From NCBI RefSeq assembly GCF_963921235.1, contig NC_086107.1, positions 113,338,001 through 113,402,000 of the forward strand: 64,000 nucleotides of DNA, read 5' to 3'. This document shows positions 52,601 through 60,499 of this stretch, in pieces. The position numbers and the translations under genes were made by a program. Below the pieces are notes generated by a model. The model did no database searches, was not told the DNA's origin, and worked only from the letters and a program-made list of their open reading frames with translations. The stretch is from Mobula hypostoma. Taxonomy: Eukaryota. Numbering within the stretch: the stretch's first letter is position 1; each line of letters starts with the position of its first letter.

Positions 52601-55545
52601 CCCACCACCTTTTAATTATGGCATCTTCCTCCTTCCTTTCCAGTCCCGAAGAAGGGTCTCAGCCCGAAACGTCGACTGTTTATTCATTTTTATAGATGCT
52701 GCCTGACCTGCAGAGTTCCTCCAGCATTTTGTGTGTGTGCTGCTCTGGATTTCCAGCGTCTGCAGAATCTCCCGTGTTTATATTTGATGCATGTCACTGT
52801 ATGCTTTGATGCGTATGTGACAAATAAAGCAAATCGCATCGAAATCTGGAAGGACATCATTAAGGACGCAGAAGAGATATACAAGGACGTTACTGAAACC
52901 GGAGGGTTTGAATAATAAGGAAAGGCTGAGTAGGCTGGGACCATTTTTCCCCAGGATGAGGGTGGGTGAGGGGTGACCCAATGGAGGCTTGTAAAATCAG
53001 GAGAAAGGCAAGGAGGAGCAGATCCAGGGGGAGGGGTAGGCAGGTAAGGGAGGCCAAGCTTAGAGGGCGCAGGAACAGAAGGAAAGAAGCAGCACAAGTC
53101 AAAGTCAAATGTACGCATCACCATATACCATCTTCAGATTCATTTTCCTCCAGGTATTTACAGGGAAATAAAGAAATGCAATAACATTTATTAAAAAAAC
53201 GATACCTAAATAAAGACTGGCAAACAACCAATGTGAGAAAAATCTATGCAAATAAAAATTAAATAATACTGAGAACAGGAGTGGTGGAGTCCCTCGAAAG
53301 TGAGTCCATAGGCTGTGGAATCAGTTCATTGTTGGGGTGAGTGAAGTTATCCACGCTGGTTCAGGAGCCTGATGGTTGACGGGTAATAATTGTCCCTGAG
53401 CCTGGTGGTGTGGGACGCAAGGCATTTGTACCACCACCACCACCCCCCCCCCCCACCGCCTAGTGAGAAGACAGCATGGTCTGGATGGCGGGGGGGGCAG
53501 TCTTTGATAATGGATGCTGCTTTCTTGTATTGAGGGATAGAGTTTAAGAGTCGCGATGCAGTGATGCAGCTCTATAAAACTCTGGTTAGGCCACACTTGG
53601 AGTACTGTGTCCAGTTCTGGTCGCCTCACTATAGAAGGATGTGGAAGCATTGGAAAGGGTACAGAGGAGATTTACCAGGATGCTGCCTGGTGTAGAGAGT
53701 ATGCATTATGATCAGAGATTAAGGAAGCTAGGGCTTTACTCTTTGGAGAGAAGGAGGATGAGAGGAGATATGATAGAGGTGTACAAGATAATAGTGGATA
53801 ACCAGCGCCTCTTCCCCAGGGCATCACTGCTCAATACAAGAGGACATGGCTTTAAGGTAAGGGGTGGGAAGTTCAAGGGGGATATTAGAGGAAGGTTTTT
53901 TACTCAGAGAGTGGTTGGTGCGTGGAATGCACTGCCTGTGTCAGTGGTGGAGGCAGATACACTAGTGAAGTTTAAGAGACTACTAGACAGGTATATGGAG
54001 GAATTTAAGGTGGGGGCTTAATGGGAGGCAGGGTTTGAGGGTTGTCACAACATTGTGGGCCGAAGGGCCTGTACTGTGATGTACTATTCTATGTTCTATG
54101 TACGTAGATGTGGTGGGGAGGGCTTTGACTGTGATGGACTGGGCTGCCTCCACCACTCTCTGTAGAAGTGAAATCTCACCCAGTCCCTGTAAGATTGTAG
54201 GAAGATACCCCCGTTGACATACTCCAACACCACTGTGTGACTCCTCTGCAGAATCCCAGCCTGAAAGCTGTGGGACTGACCTATCCCCTTTCCCGTGGGA
54301 TATCCCTGACAACCAGACTGAGAGAGGTCCTGGGAGTTCACATCACAGATGACCTCACCTGGTCCCCCAAGAGCACCTCCTTGAATAAGAAGGCCCAGCA
54401 ACACCTCCGCTTCCTGAGGTGATTGAGGTGAGTGAGGCTTCCCCCACTCTACCCAGCTTGACTTAATTTTACAGGAGTGTCCTGACAAGCTGCCTCTCCA
54501 TCTGGTATGGGGGCAGCCGAGCAACGGACTGGAAGCCCCTACAAAGGACTGACAGAACAGCTGAGAGCATCATAGGGGTCTCCCTATCATCCATCTGGGA
54601 GGTTTATCAGGAGCGCTGGATACACAAGGGCCCTTAGTATTATCGAGGATCCCAACCATCCATCCAGCATCCTCTTTGACTTTCTACCCTCAGGCAGGAG
54701 ACTCCGATGCATAAAGACAAGAATGGTCAGGATGGGAAACAGCTTCTTCCCTCAGGCCATTTCGTCTTCTGAACTCCCTGCTGCATTGTACTTGAAGTCT
54801 CACTGGTTAATCAGTCATTACCCTACAATATCTAATTCATACACTTTATTTATTTCCTTACTTTCCTAGATTAATGTGTGTTATATGTGTGTTATGTGTA
54901 CTGCTGTGCTCTACACCCCTGTCCGGAAAAACATTGTCTTGTTTGACAGTGAACATGTACAGTACATAGTTAAATGACAATAAACTTAAGTTAAGGTTGG
55001 ATTTAGGGCCCACACCCCAGGCTCAGGAACAGTTATTACCCCTCAGCCATCAGGCTCCTGAACCAGTGTGGATAACTTCACTCACCCCAACTCTGAACTG
55101 ATTCCACAACCTACAGACTTACTTTCGAGAAGTCTACAATTTTGATTCTCAATGTGATTATTTATCTGTTTGATGAGTTACTAATTTATTATATTTATAT
55201 TTGCACAGTTTGTCTTCTTTTGGATCGTGTGTTTGTTAGTCTTTGTGTAGTTTTTCACTGATTCAATTGTATTTCTTTGCTTTACCATGAATGCCCACAT
55301 GAAAATGTATCTTACCTTAGTAGATGGTGACATATACAGACTTTGATAATAAATTTACTTTGAACTTTGAGCTACTGAGCCACTCCGTTGAGTTGGGGGA
55401 GGAAGGGTGCTCTTTTGGTTCAAGGCAGGAACTCTCCCCCCACCCACTGGAAAGACAGAAAGACAGAGCATTCTCACCCAAAAGTGTAGACTACTGATTT
55501 ATTGTAGTACGATCCAATGTCTGAAGACAACAATGCTTCCTTGAT
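4319..55545 (-). CDS. TMPRSS6: Matriptase-2 (transmembrane protease serine 6), partial multi-exon CDS of 13 exons, lacking the 5' exons and the last two protease exons
   Basis: Exons 55478-55545, 50582-50742, 46703-46744, 41573-41777, 33060-33196, 29894-30006, 25670-25779, 22270-22412, 20119-20217, 12475-12591, 11396-11512, 6923-7088 and 4319-4590 all have AG/GT ends and matching phases, totalling 1750 nt with no stop. Domain order SEA-CUB-CUB-3xLDLRa-protease. Peptides such as [31 protein letters not shown] and [10 protein letters not shown] match recalled human matriptase-2; ST14 has four LDLRa repeats. Confidence 0.93.
5364..5592. mobile_element. Young Penelope-pLTR fold-back insertion inside a CR1 fragment
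   Basis: 89-bp arms 5364-5452 and 5466-5554 with 2 mismatches; flanking direct repeat TTCAAAAGAC at 5352-5361 and 5593-5602. Confidence 0.8.
5426..5463 (-). ncRNA. Minimal type I hammerhead ribozyme motif, TMPRSS6 pre-mRNA sense
   Basis: UAGUC-CUGACGA-AGG(GUCUCGG)CCU-GAAA-CG-UC-GACUG; core intact, palindromic ACGU helix III, GUC triplet. Confidence 0.68.
5943..6430 (+). mobile_element. CR1/HER1-type LINE 3' end
   Basis: [26 protein letters not shown] and [11 protein letters not shown] motifs, CR1-type 3' UTR. Confidence 0.85.
6923..7088 (-). CDS. TMPRSS6: TMPRSS6 exon (about exon 15), activation site and catalytic His
   Basis: 166 nt; [28 protein letters not shown]...VCGG...[11 protein letters not shown]; donor AG|gtagat. 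Confidence 0.94.
7924..9516 (+). mobile_element. Tc1-family DNA transposon, degenerate, near full length
   Basis: Long TIRs (tagtgcctacaaaaagtattc ... ctttttataggcacca) after TA; transposase remnants [37 protein letters not shown]. Confidence 0.9.
9537..9591 (+). other. Inverted partial copy of the His-exon 3' end and its splice donor
   Basis: 47/55 identical to the reverse complement of 6906-6960 (40/43 in the core); reads [12 protein letters not shown] then GGgtagat. Confidence 0.88.
9880..10975 (-). mobile_element. Neptune-type Penelope-like fragment interrupted by a CR1 3' end (about 10217-10545)
   Basis: ORF 10537..10857: FTC.S.GVV.CVQCS...LFYI.KT...RFIEHLR...PVAEHFN...[19 protein letters not shown], a GIY-YIG endonuclease. 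Confidence 0.75.
11396..11512 (-). CDS. TMPRSS6: TMPRSS6 exon (about exon 14), LDLRa3
   Basis: 117 nt, phase 1-1; [38 protein letters not shown]. Confidence 0.93.
11557..11720. repeat. (CA)n microsatellite; compound TG/TA/CA tract at 12244-12362
   Basis: Directly visible; the two tracts flank the hAT MITE. Confidence 0.95.
11730..12245 (-). mobile_element. hAT-type MITE carrying a BED zinc-finger remnant
   Basis: Termini cagacatccca ... tgggatgtctg; minus strand reads [36 protein letters not shown]; second copy at 61444-61931. Confidence 0.7.
12475..12591 (-). CDS. TMPRSS6: TMPRSS6 exon (about exon 13), LDLRa2
   Basis: 117 nt, phase 1-1; [38 protein letters not shown]. Confidence 0.92.
12834..13950 (+). 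mobile_element. Non-autonomous Tc1/mariner-like element with nested V-SINE and Rex1 3' end; related pieces at about 1410-1910 (-) and 57400-57720
   Basis: TIR cactcaatggccactttattagg ... ataaagtgtccactgaatg. Confidence 0.65.
13325..13775 (+). mobile_element. Rex1/Babar-type LINE 3' end; near-identical inverted copy at about 45263-45630
   Basis: [18 protein letters not shown]...[13 protein letters not shown], tail aataaagtatgactatgactat. Confidence 0.75.
14681..14843. mobile_element. Second fold-back of the same Penelope-pLTR subfamily
   Basis: Near-identical arms to the 5364 element; flanking direct repeat CCGGGTTTGAATCC at 14667-14680 and 14844-14857. Confidence 0.78.
16052..16680 (-). mobile_element. 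HERO/R2-group non-LTR retrotransposon 3' end with restriction-like endonuclease
   Basis: ORF 16193..16588: LRPDIVL...[11 protein letters not shown]...ERKLSKY...PVEAGCRG...AERASRWLW, a PD-(D/E)xK domain, followed by a short 3' UTR. Confidence 0.82.
16690..17745 (-). mobile_element. CR1-type LINE RT fragment
   Basis: ORF 17189..17602: [11 protein letters not shown]...[11 protein letters not shown]...RFVDDTK. Confidence 0.85.
17793..18630 (-). mobile_element. Short L1-clade 3' end
   Basis: ORF 18090..18617 resembles the C-terminus of the 35.5-kb L1 (CDRC...THMFWSC); TSD AGTTTAGGATGTTA at 17779-17792 and 18631-18644. Confidence 0.87.
20119..20217 (-). CDS. TMPRSS6: TMPRSS6 exon (about exon 12), LDLRa1
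   Basis: 99 nt, phase 1-1; [32 protein letters not shown], six Cys. Confidence 0.93.
20990..21570 (+). mobile_element. Non-coding interspersed repeat, probably RTE-derived and non-autonomous
   Basis: Ends in a caacat repeat, inserted in a CR1 fragment; clear inverted homologue at 23710-24220. Confidence 0.55.
21989..22186. repeat. GC-rich minisatellite, about 30-bp unit, 6-7 copies
   Basis: Unit approximately ccccgccccccaggggaggagcctggggctg. Confidence 0.9.
22270..22412 (-). CDS. TMPRSS6: TMPRSS6 exon (about exon 11), CUB2 end: [47 protein letters not shown]
   Basis: 143 nt; acceptor cttccccccag, donor C|gtacgt. Confidence 0.92.
23710..24220 (-). mobile_element. Inverted copy of the 21-kb repeat
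   Basis: Reverse complement aligns by eye, e.g. ctcaaatagc(c/t)tctgacaacc(g/a)agtccagctcctg. Confidence 0.6.
25670..25779 (-). CDS. TMPRSS6: TMPRSS6 exon (about exon 10), CUB2 middle: [36 protein letters not shown](K)
   Basis: 110 nt, phase 0 to 2; acceptor ctcacctcgcag, donor AA|gtaagt; translated by hand, not in the ORF track. Confidence 0.92.
25900..27680 (+). mobile_element. CR1-type LINE (RT to 3' end) with a nested V-SINE at about 26420-26675
   Basis: KGKSCL.DLL...[20 protein letters not shown], followed by the CR1 3' region. Confidence 0.85.
29894..30006 (-). CDS. TMPRSS6: TMPRSS6 exon (about exon 9), CUB2 start
   Basis: 113 nt; [37 protein letters not shown]; acceptor tttttgtttcag, donor gtaagt. 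Confidence 0.92.
30666..32268 (+). mobile_element. Tc1-family DNA transposon, second copy of the same family
   Basis: TIRs tagtggctataaaaag ... cttcttacaggcactg flanked by TA; ORFs 30962..31438 (HTH) and 31575..31871 (DDE part); inserted into a Rex-type 3' tail. Confidence 0.9.
33060..33196 (-). CDS. TMPRSS6: TMPRSS6 exon (about exon 8), CUB1 C-half
   Basis: 137 nt; [27 protein letters not shown]...; acceptor ctttctccatccag, donor CAG|gtgaga. Confidence 0.9.
35489..38411 (+). mobile_element. 5'-truncated L1-clade LINE inserted into a CR1 3' fragment
   Basis: RT motifs [55 protein letters not shown]-terminal CDRC...HMFWSC; AATAAA and (AAAG)n tail; TSD AAGATTGT at 35481-35488 and 38412-38419. 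Confidence 0.92.
39520..39965 (+). mobile_element. Penelope-like fragment (RT N-terminal KxADKG motif joined to a pLTR)
   Basis: [17 protein letters not shown] followed by the pLTR repeat with a degenerate hammerhead at about 39834-39871. Confidence 0.6.
41573..41777 (-). CDS. TMPRSS6: TMPRSS6 exon (about exon 7), CUB1 N-half
   Basis: 205 nt; ECHSYYF...[20 protein letters not shown]...CRDRILVY...LLTS; donor TC|gtgagt. Confidence 0.92.
43092..44588. mobile_element. Tigger/pogo-like non-autonomous DNA transposon hosting a solo LTR
   Basis: TIRs cagtgggttctggttaattggg / cccaattaaccggaatcgactg. Confidence 0.6.
43471..44170 (+). mobile_element. Solo LTR
   Basis: TGTAAGGGG...GGGGCTACA termini (TG..CA), 700 bp, flanks attc/cttc; the host MITE sequence resumes on both sides. 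Confidence 0.65.
46703..46744 (-). CDS. TMPRSS6: TMPRSS6 micro-exon (about exon 6), SEA-CUB1 linker: (N)[13 protein letters not shown]
   Basis: 42 nt, phase 1-1; acceptor ttctttttactttgacag, donor CAG|gtaagg; fits the frame between neighbouring exons. Confidence 0.8.
48795..49520 (+). mobile_element. Rex1/Babar-type LINE 3' fragment; others at about 6545-6885, 27680-29560 (-), 34190-35185 and 54320-54990
   Basis: [13 protein letters not shown]...[13 protein letters not shown]...[15 protein letters not shown]. Confidence 0.75.
50582..50742 (-). CDS. TMPRSS6: TMPRSS6 exon (about exon 5), SEA C-terminal part: [14 protein letters not shown]...QLESTKIS
   Basis: 161 nt, phase 2 to 1; acceptor tcctccaccag, donor A|gtgagt; inside ORF 50568..50777. 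Confidence 0.87.
51090..52770 (-). mobile_element. Degraded Neptune-type Penelope-like element with an inverted 5' pLTR copy
   Basis: RT remnant [28 protein letters not shown]...RHID, GIY-YIG remnant, pLTR at 51090-51225 and an inverted copy at about 52350-52770. Confidence 0.72.
53527..54100 (+). mobile_element. CR1-type LINE 3' end; further CR1 pieces at about 5010-5880, 20660-21815, 40740-41400, 44700-45230, 55720-56500 and 57835-58555
   Basis: ORF 53641..54021: [14 protein letters not shown]...[14 protein letters not shown]. Confidence 0.83.
55478..55545 (-). CDS. TMPRSS6: TMPRSS6 exon (about exon 4), SEA domain: [23 protein letters not shown]
   Basis: 68 nt; acceptor ctttttttctttag, donor GG|gtgaga; resembles human [23 protein letters not shown]. 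Not in the ORF track. Confidence 0.88.
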
Positions 55546-58500
55546 CTAAAGAAAAAAAAGATTTGCATTAATTTAACCATCCTTTTTTATTACTGTGTGT
55601 TTCCATACGAGGGGGCTGAATAATTGGGGGGGGTGCAGATATTGAAGGGTTGGAGAAGGAATGGAGGGGCATATTTTCCCTCATGGAGGAATTCAATTTG
55701 TGCTGCTATCCAAAAGGTCACAGAGTCATAGAAAAGTACAGCACAGAAACCAACCCTTTGCCCCATTTAGTCCATGCCGAACCATTTAAACTGCAATCGA
55801 TCTGCACTATGTCCATCGCCCTCCGTACCCCTACCATCCATATACCTATCAGAACTTCTCTTAAACATTGAAACCAAGCTTGGATGCATCACCTGTGCCC
55901 GCAGCTCATTTCACACTCTCACAGCCCTCTGAGTGAAGAGGTTTCCCCTCATGTTCCCCTTAAACCTCTCACCTTTCACCCTTAACCTCGTTTTAGTCCC
56001 ATCCAACCTCAGTGGAAAAAGCCTGCTTGCATTTACCCTATCTATATCTCACATAATTTTGTATATCTCTATCAAATTTCCTTTGAAACTTCTCTGTTCC
56101 AAGGGATGAAGTCCTAATCTATTCAATCTTCAATCATAAAATTCTGTTGCATTTTGTTTTATTTTCCTACAAGAGGATGAATTGCAAGCTCAGGTCCTGT
56201 AGACCTGGCAACAGCCTTGTAAATTTTCTCTGTACTCTTTCAACCTTATTAACATCTTTCCTGTAGGTAGGTGACCAAAACTGCACACAATACTTCAAGT
56301 TAGACCTCATCAATGTCCTACACAACTTCAACATAACATCCCATCTCCTGTACTCAATACTTTGATTTATGAAGGCAACGAGCTAAAAAGCTTTCTTTAC
56401 GACCGATCTACCTGTGATGTCACGTGAATTATGAATGTGTATTCCATGGTCCCTTTGTTCTGGCACACACCTCAGTGCCCTACTGTTCACTGTGGAAGAC
56501 CTACCCTGTTTGATTGTACTCCCAGTGACCGTGTGTGTTTCCTCTGGGTGCTCCAGTTTCCTCCCATAGTCCAGACGTATGGGCTTGGGTTACTAAGTTG
56601 TGGGCATGCCATGCTGGAGGGTTAGAAGGATTACATACAAGTACAAGGAATTAGGTGTCTTTAGCTAATTAGTTTAGCGCGAGGTTGTTGACCGAAGGGG
56701 CTGTTCCTGTTCTACTGTATGTTCTATGTTTTACATTCCATGTTCTATTCATTGAGTTGGAGAGAATACATTTAGGCTGATTTAATATTGGAGAATGTAT
56801 ACAGTAAACAACCTGACATTCGTACTCTTCACAGACGTCCATGAAACAAGAAACCCTGGAGAATAAAGGATAGAACGTTGAAGGATTCTGAAGGAAGTAG
56901 CTGGAGAGATTGCAGCGGCATTAACGATGATCTTTCAAGAACCGATAGCATTGTACCGGGTGACTGGAAAATTGCAAGTGTTACTCCGCTATTTAAGGAC
57001 GGTGGGAGGCAGCAGAAAGGAAACTATAGACCTGTTAGCCTGACATCAGTGGTTGGGATGTTGTTGGAATCACAGGAGCAACAGCAAAAACATCATTACC
57101 CCCCCCCACCCGTGACAGCAAAAGCATCATTAACCCCCTCCCCCAACCACCCGTGCCAGTAGAAGCACTGAACTGCCACGTCCTTACCAAGCAAGTAACA
57201 GCACAGGCCCCCAGGGAGATTTTGATCCAGAGCATCAAAATGACAGCCCATAAACCAGCACTTTGGTATCTCAGACAGGTTCTCTCCGGGGGGGGAGGGG
57301 GGGAGAGGAGGGGACGGGGGGGAGAGGAGGGGAGAGGAGGGGAAAGGAGGGGAGAGGAGGGGAGGGGGGGAGAGGAGGGGAGAGGAGGGAAGAAGATTTG
57401 AGTATCTCAGAAACTACTGATCTCCTGGGAATTTCATGCACAACAGTCACTGGAGTCTGCAGAGAATGGTGTGAGAAACAAAAAACATCCAGCGAGCCGC
57501 AGTTCTGAGGGCAGAGATGCCTCGTTCATGAGAGAGGTCAGAGGAAAATGGTCAAGCTGACAGGAAGGCAACAATAACTCAAAAAAAAACCACACGTTAC
57601 AACAGTGGTGTGCTAGAGCGTCTTGGAATGCACAACACGTCAAACCTTGAACTGGATGGGCTACAGCAGCAGAAAGACATGAACATACGCTCAGAGGTCA
57701 CTTTGTTATGTGCAGGAGGTACGTGATAGAGTTGCCACAGTGTGTAGGCTAAAAGGAAATGTGGGCAAAGGGGTTGGTGTGATTGCTCAGAGTGCTGGAA
57801 TGGACTTAATGGGAAGAATGTCATTCTGTTGTAAAGGGTCCAGAGGAAGTTCATGAGGATGATTCTGGGAATGAAAGGGCTATGGTATGAGGAGCATTTG
57901 GTAGCACTGGGCATGTACCTGCTGGAATTTAGAAGAACGAGGGGTGACCTCATTGAAATCTATAGAGTATTGAAAGACTTAGATAGAGCAGATGTGGAGA
58001 GGACATTTCCTACAGTGGGAGAGCACAGCCTCAGGATTGAGGGACGTCCCTTTAGAACGGAGGCGATGAGGAATTTCTTTAGTCAGAGGGTGGTGAATCT
58101 GTGGAATTCATGGTCACAAATGAGGCCGAGTCATTGGGTTTATTTGAAGTGGAGGTTGATAGGTTCTCAATTGGTCAGGTTGTCAAATGTTACAGGGAGA
58201 AGGCAGGCGAATGGGGTGGAGTGGGATACTAAACCAGCCATGATGAAATGGCAGGGCAGACTCAATGGCTGACAAATGGCCGAATTCTGCTCCTGTCTCT
58301 TATGGTTATGCAGATGTTATTTTTATCAAGAGGGAGGATCTCCCAGAGATAAGGAGGAATTTCTTTCGCCAGCGGGTGGTGAATCTGTGGAATTCATTGC
58401 CACAGACAGCTGTGGAGGCCAAGTCATTGAGTACATTTAAAACAGTGGTTGATAGATTCTTGATTAGTCAGGGAGAAGGCAGGAGAATGGGGTTAAGAGG

Positions 58501-59773
58501 GAAAATGGATCAGCTATGAATGGTCTAATTGTGTTCCTATGTCTCATGGTCTTAAAAAAAATGACATGAATGTCTCAAAGTACTTTGCAGGTAGGCAGTA
58601 GAGACAAGTGGCGGCAGATGCAAGAATCTCAAGCAACAAATGATCTGCTGGAGGAACTCAGTGGGTCAAGTGGTGTCTGGAATTATTGACACTTCAGGTC
58701 AAAACTGGCCTCAGGACTGGGTTGGGTTGTCTGAGTGCTGAGGCGGGGTTTCGAACCAAAATGTCGACAGTTCCCTTTGCCCTGTGGATGCTGCCCTGGT
58801 AGATGTACGCCATGGTGGTGTGGCGGTTAGTGTGACGCTGTTTTACTGATTTAGCGACACAGCGTGCAGTCAGCCCTTCCGGCCGTACTGCCCCAGCAAC
58901 CCCCGCCAAACCTGATTAACCCTAACCTACTCACGGGACAATGCACCTACCCAGTAGTCTTTGGCCTGTTGGAGGAACCTGGAGGAACTGGCAAAAATCC
59001 ACACAGTCCATGGGGAGGACCTACAGGAACACCTTAGAGAACAGCACTGGAATTGAACTCTGAAACGCCCCATCGCGGTAACTGCTACACTACCGCGGCA
59101 CTAATACAGCTTGGAGTGTCAGAATCTTGAGTTCATCCCAATGTTATCTGTGAGGAGTCTGTCCTTCCTCCCTGTGATGTGCATGGGTTTTCTCTGGGTC
59201 CTCGGTTTTGTCCTAAGTCTAAAGATTTACCGATTAGGAGGTTGTTGTAAATTGTCCTGTGATTAGGCCAAGGTTAAATCAGGGGTTGATGGGTGCTGCA
59301 GATCGAAATGCCATAATGCTGTGTTGTATCACTAAATAAGTAAATTGTTTGTTGTCGTAGATACTCAAATTCACTAGCCATGTTGGTACCTTTATAATGT
59401 CTCCAAAGGCAGGGGGCAAGAATTTAAGTTCAGCTACTTTTGCAAGGACACGCCATGTACACTCACGCTACTGTTGACTAGAAAGAACGACAATGAGTGA
59501 TTAGGAATGGAGGCGGCCATTTTGTGAGACTGTCCTTGCAGCCGCCATTTTGTGAACTGTTTGATGCACTGATTCTTGCTCTGGGATAAGTTAATCAGAT
59601 CAATTGAGCAACCCACACGAAATGCTGGAGGAACTCAGCGGGTCAGGCAGCATTCACGGATACGAATAAACAGTCGACATTTCAGGCCGAGACTCTTCTA
59701 CAGGAATGTAGACACAAGGAGTTTCAGCTAATGACCTGCTAAACCCGAGACCATTCTCAGACAAGAATTATTA

Positions 59774-60491
59774 TGTAAGGTGCAAGCTTGCAAGAGGGGC
59801 GATCTGTAATCTCATAGACTCAGTGTCCCGGTCACCTGGTTTGAACCAATCAGAGTTGAAAAGAACAAAAGTACGAGGGGAGGCTGGGGGCATAGGGCAT
59901 AGGCCATAGAACAAGGCTGGTTGTAGCCCCGGACCAGAGCCAGTAAGAAGGTGACCCAGGTCGATCAAGTGACCTCAGGCTAATGAGAGGGAAATGTAAT
60001 ATTTGAATGATGCAAAGTGTTTTTTTTTAAATAAGGAACTTCAAATGCGAGGGAGTGACAACTCTCCAAAGTCCAAACATTGCGGATGTGGAGGACCCCA
60101 TGGACACTTGGAGGTTTGATTGGGACCACGAAGAATGCCTGACCAGCGTAGACTCCGTTTCAGGTAACATCTTTTCTCTTCATTGACTGTTCGTAGGAGG
60201 TCAATGAGTCCTGGTGGGTGTGCACACAGTTACTTACATTGTGAACCCACAAGTCTTTTAGTTGAGACAATAAAGGGCCTCTCTGATTCCCTCAGGGCCT
60301 CTCTGATCATAGATACTAAGGGAATTGGAGACTAACAGAGTTAGATAGTTAGTTAGTTGGATACTAACAGAGTTGGAGTCCTGGGTAGGATGCGGGGTGC
60401 ACACAGTTAGTTTGTGAACCCATGTGCTTTTCAGTTGAGATAGTGGAGGTATTTGACGAATAAACTCTTCTCAGGTTTCCAGCTGGTTACA
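59774..60491 (+). mobile_element. Possible solo LTR
   Basis: TGTAA...TTACA termini, flanks atta/gtta, CCAAT, AATAAA near the 3' end, internal duplication cacacagtta...gtgaaccca...agttgaga. Confidence 0.4.
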
Positions 60492-60499
60492 GTTATCGA

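Noticed and set aside
4319..55545. Assignment as ST14 (matriptase) or TMPRSS7
   Set aside because: Three LDLRa repeats and the CUB peptides ([22 protein letters not shown]) fit TMPRSS6 better.
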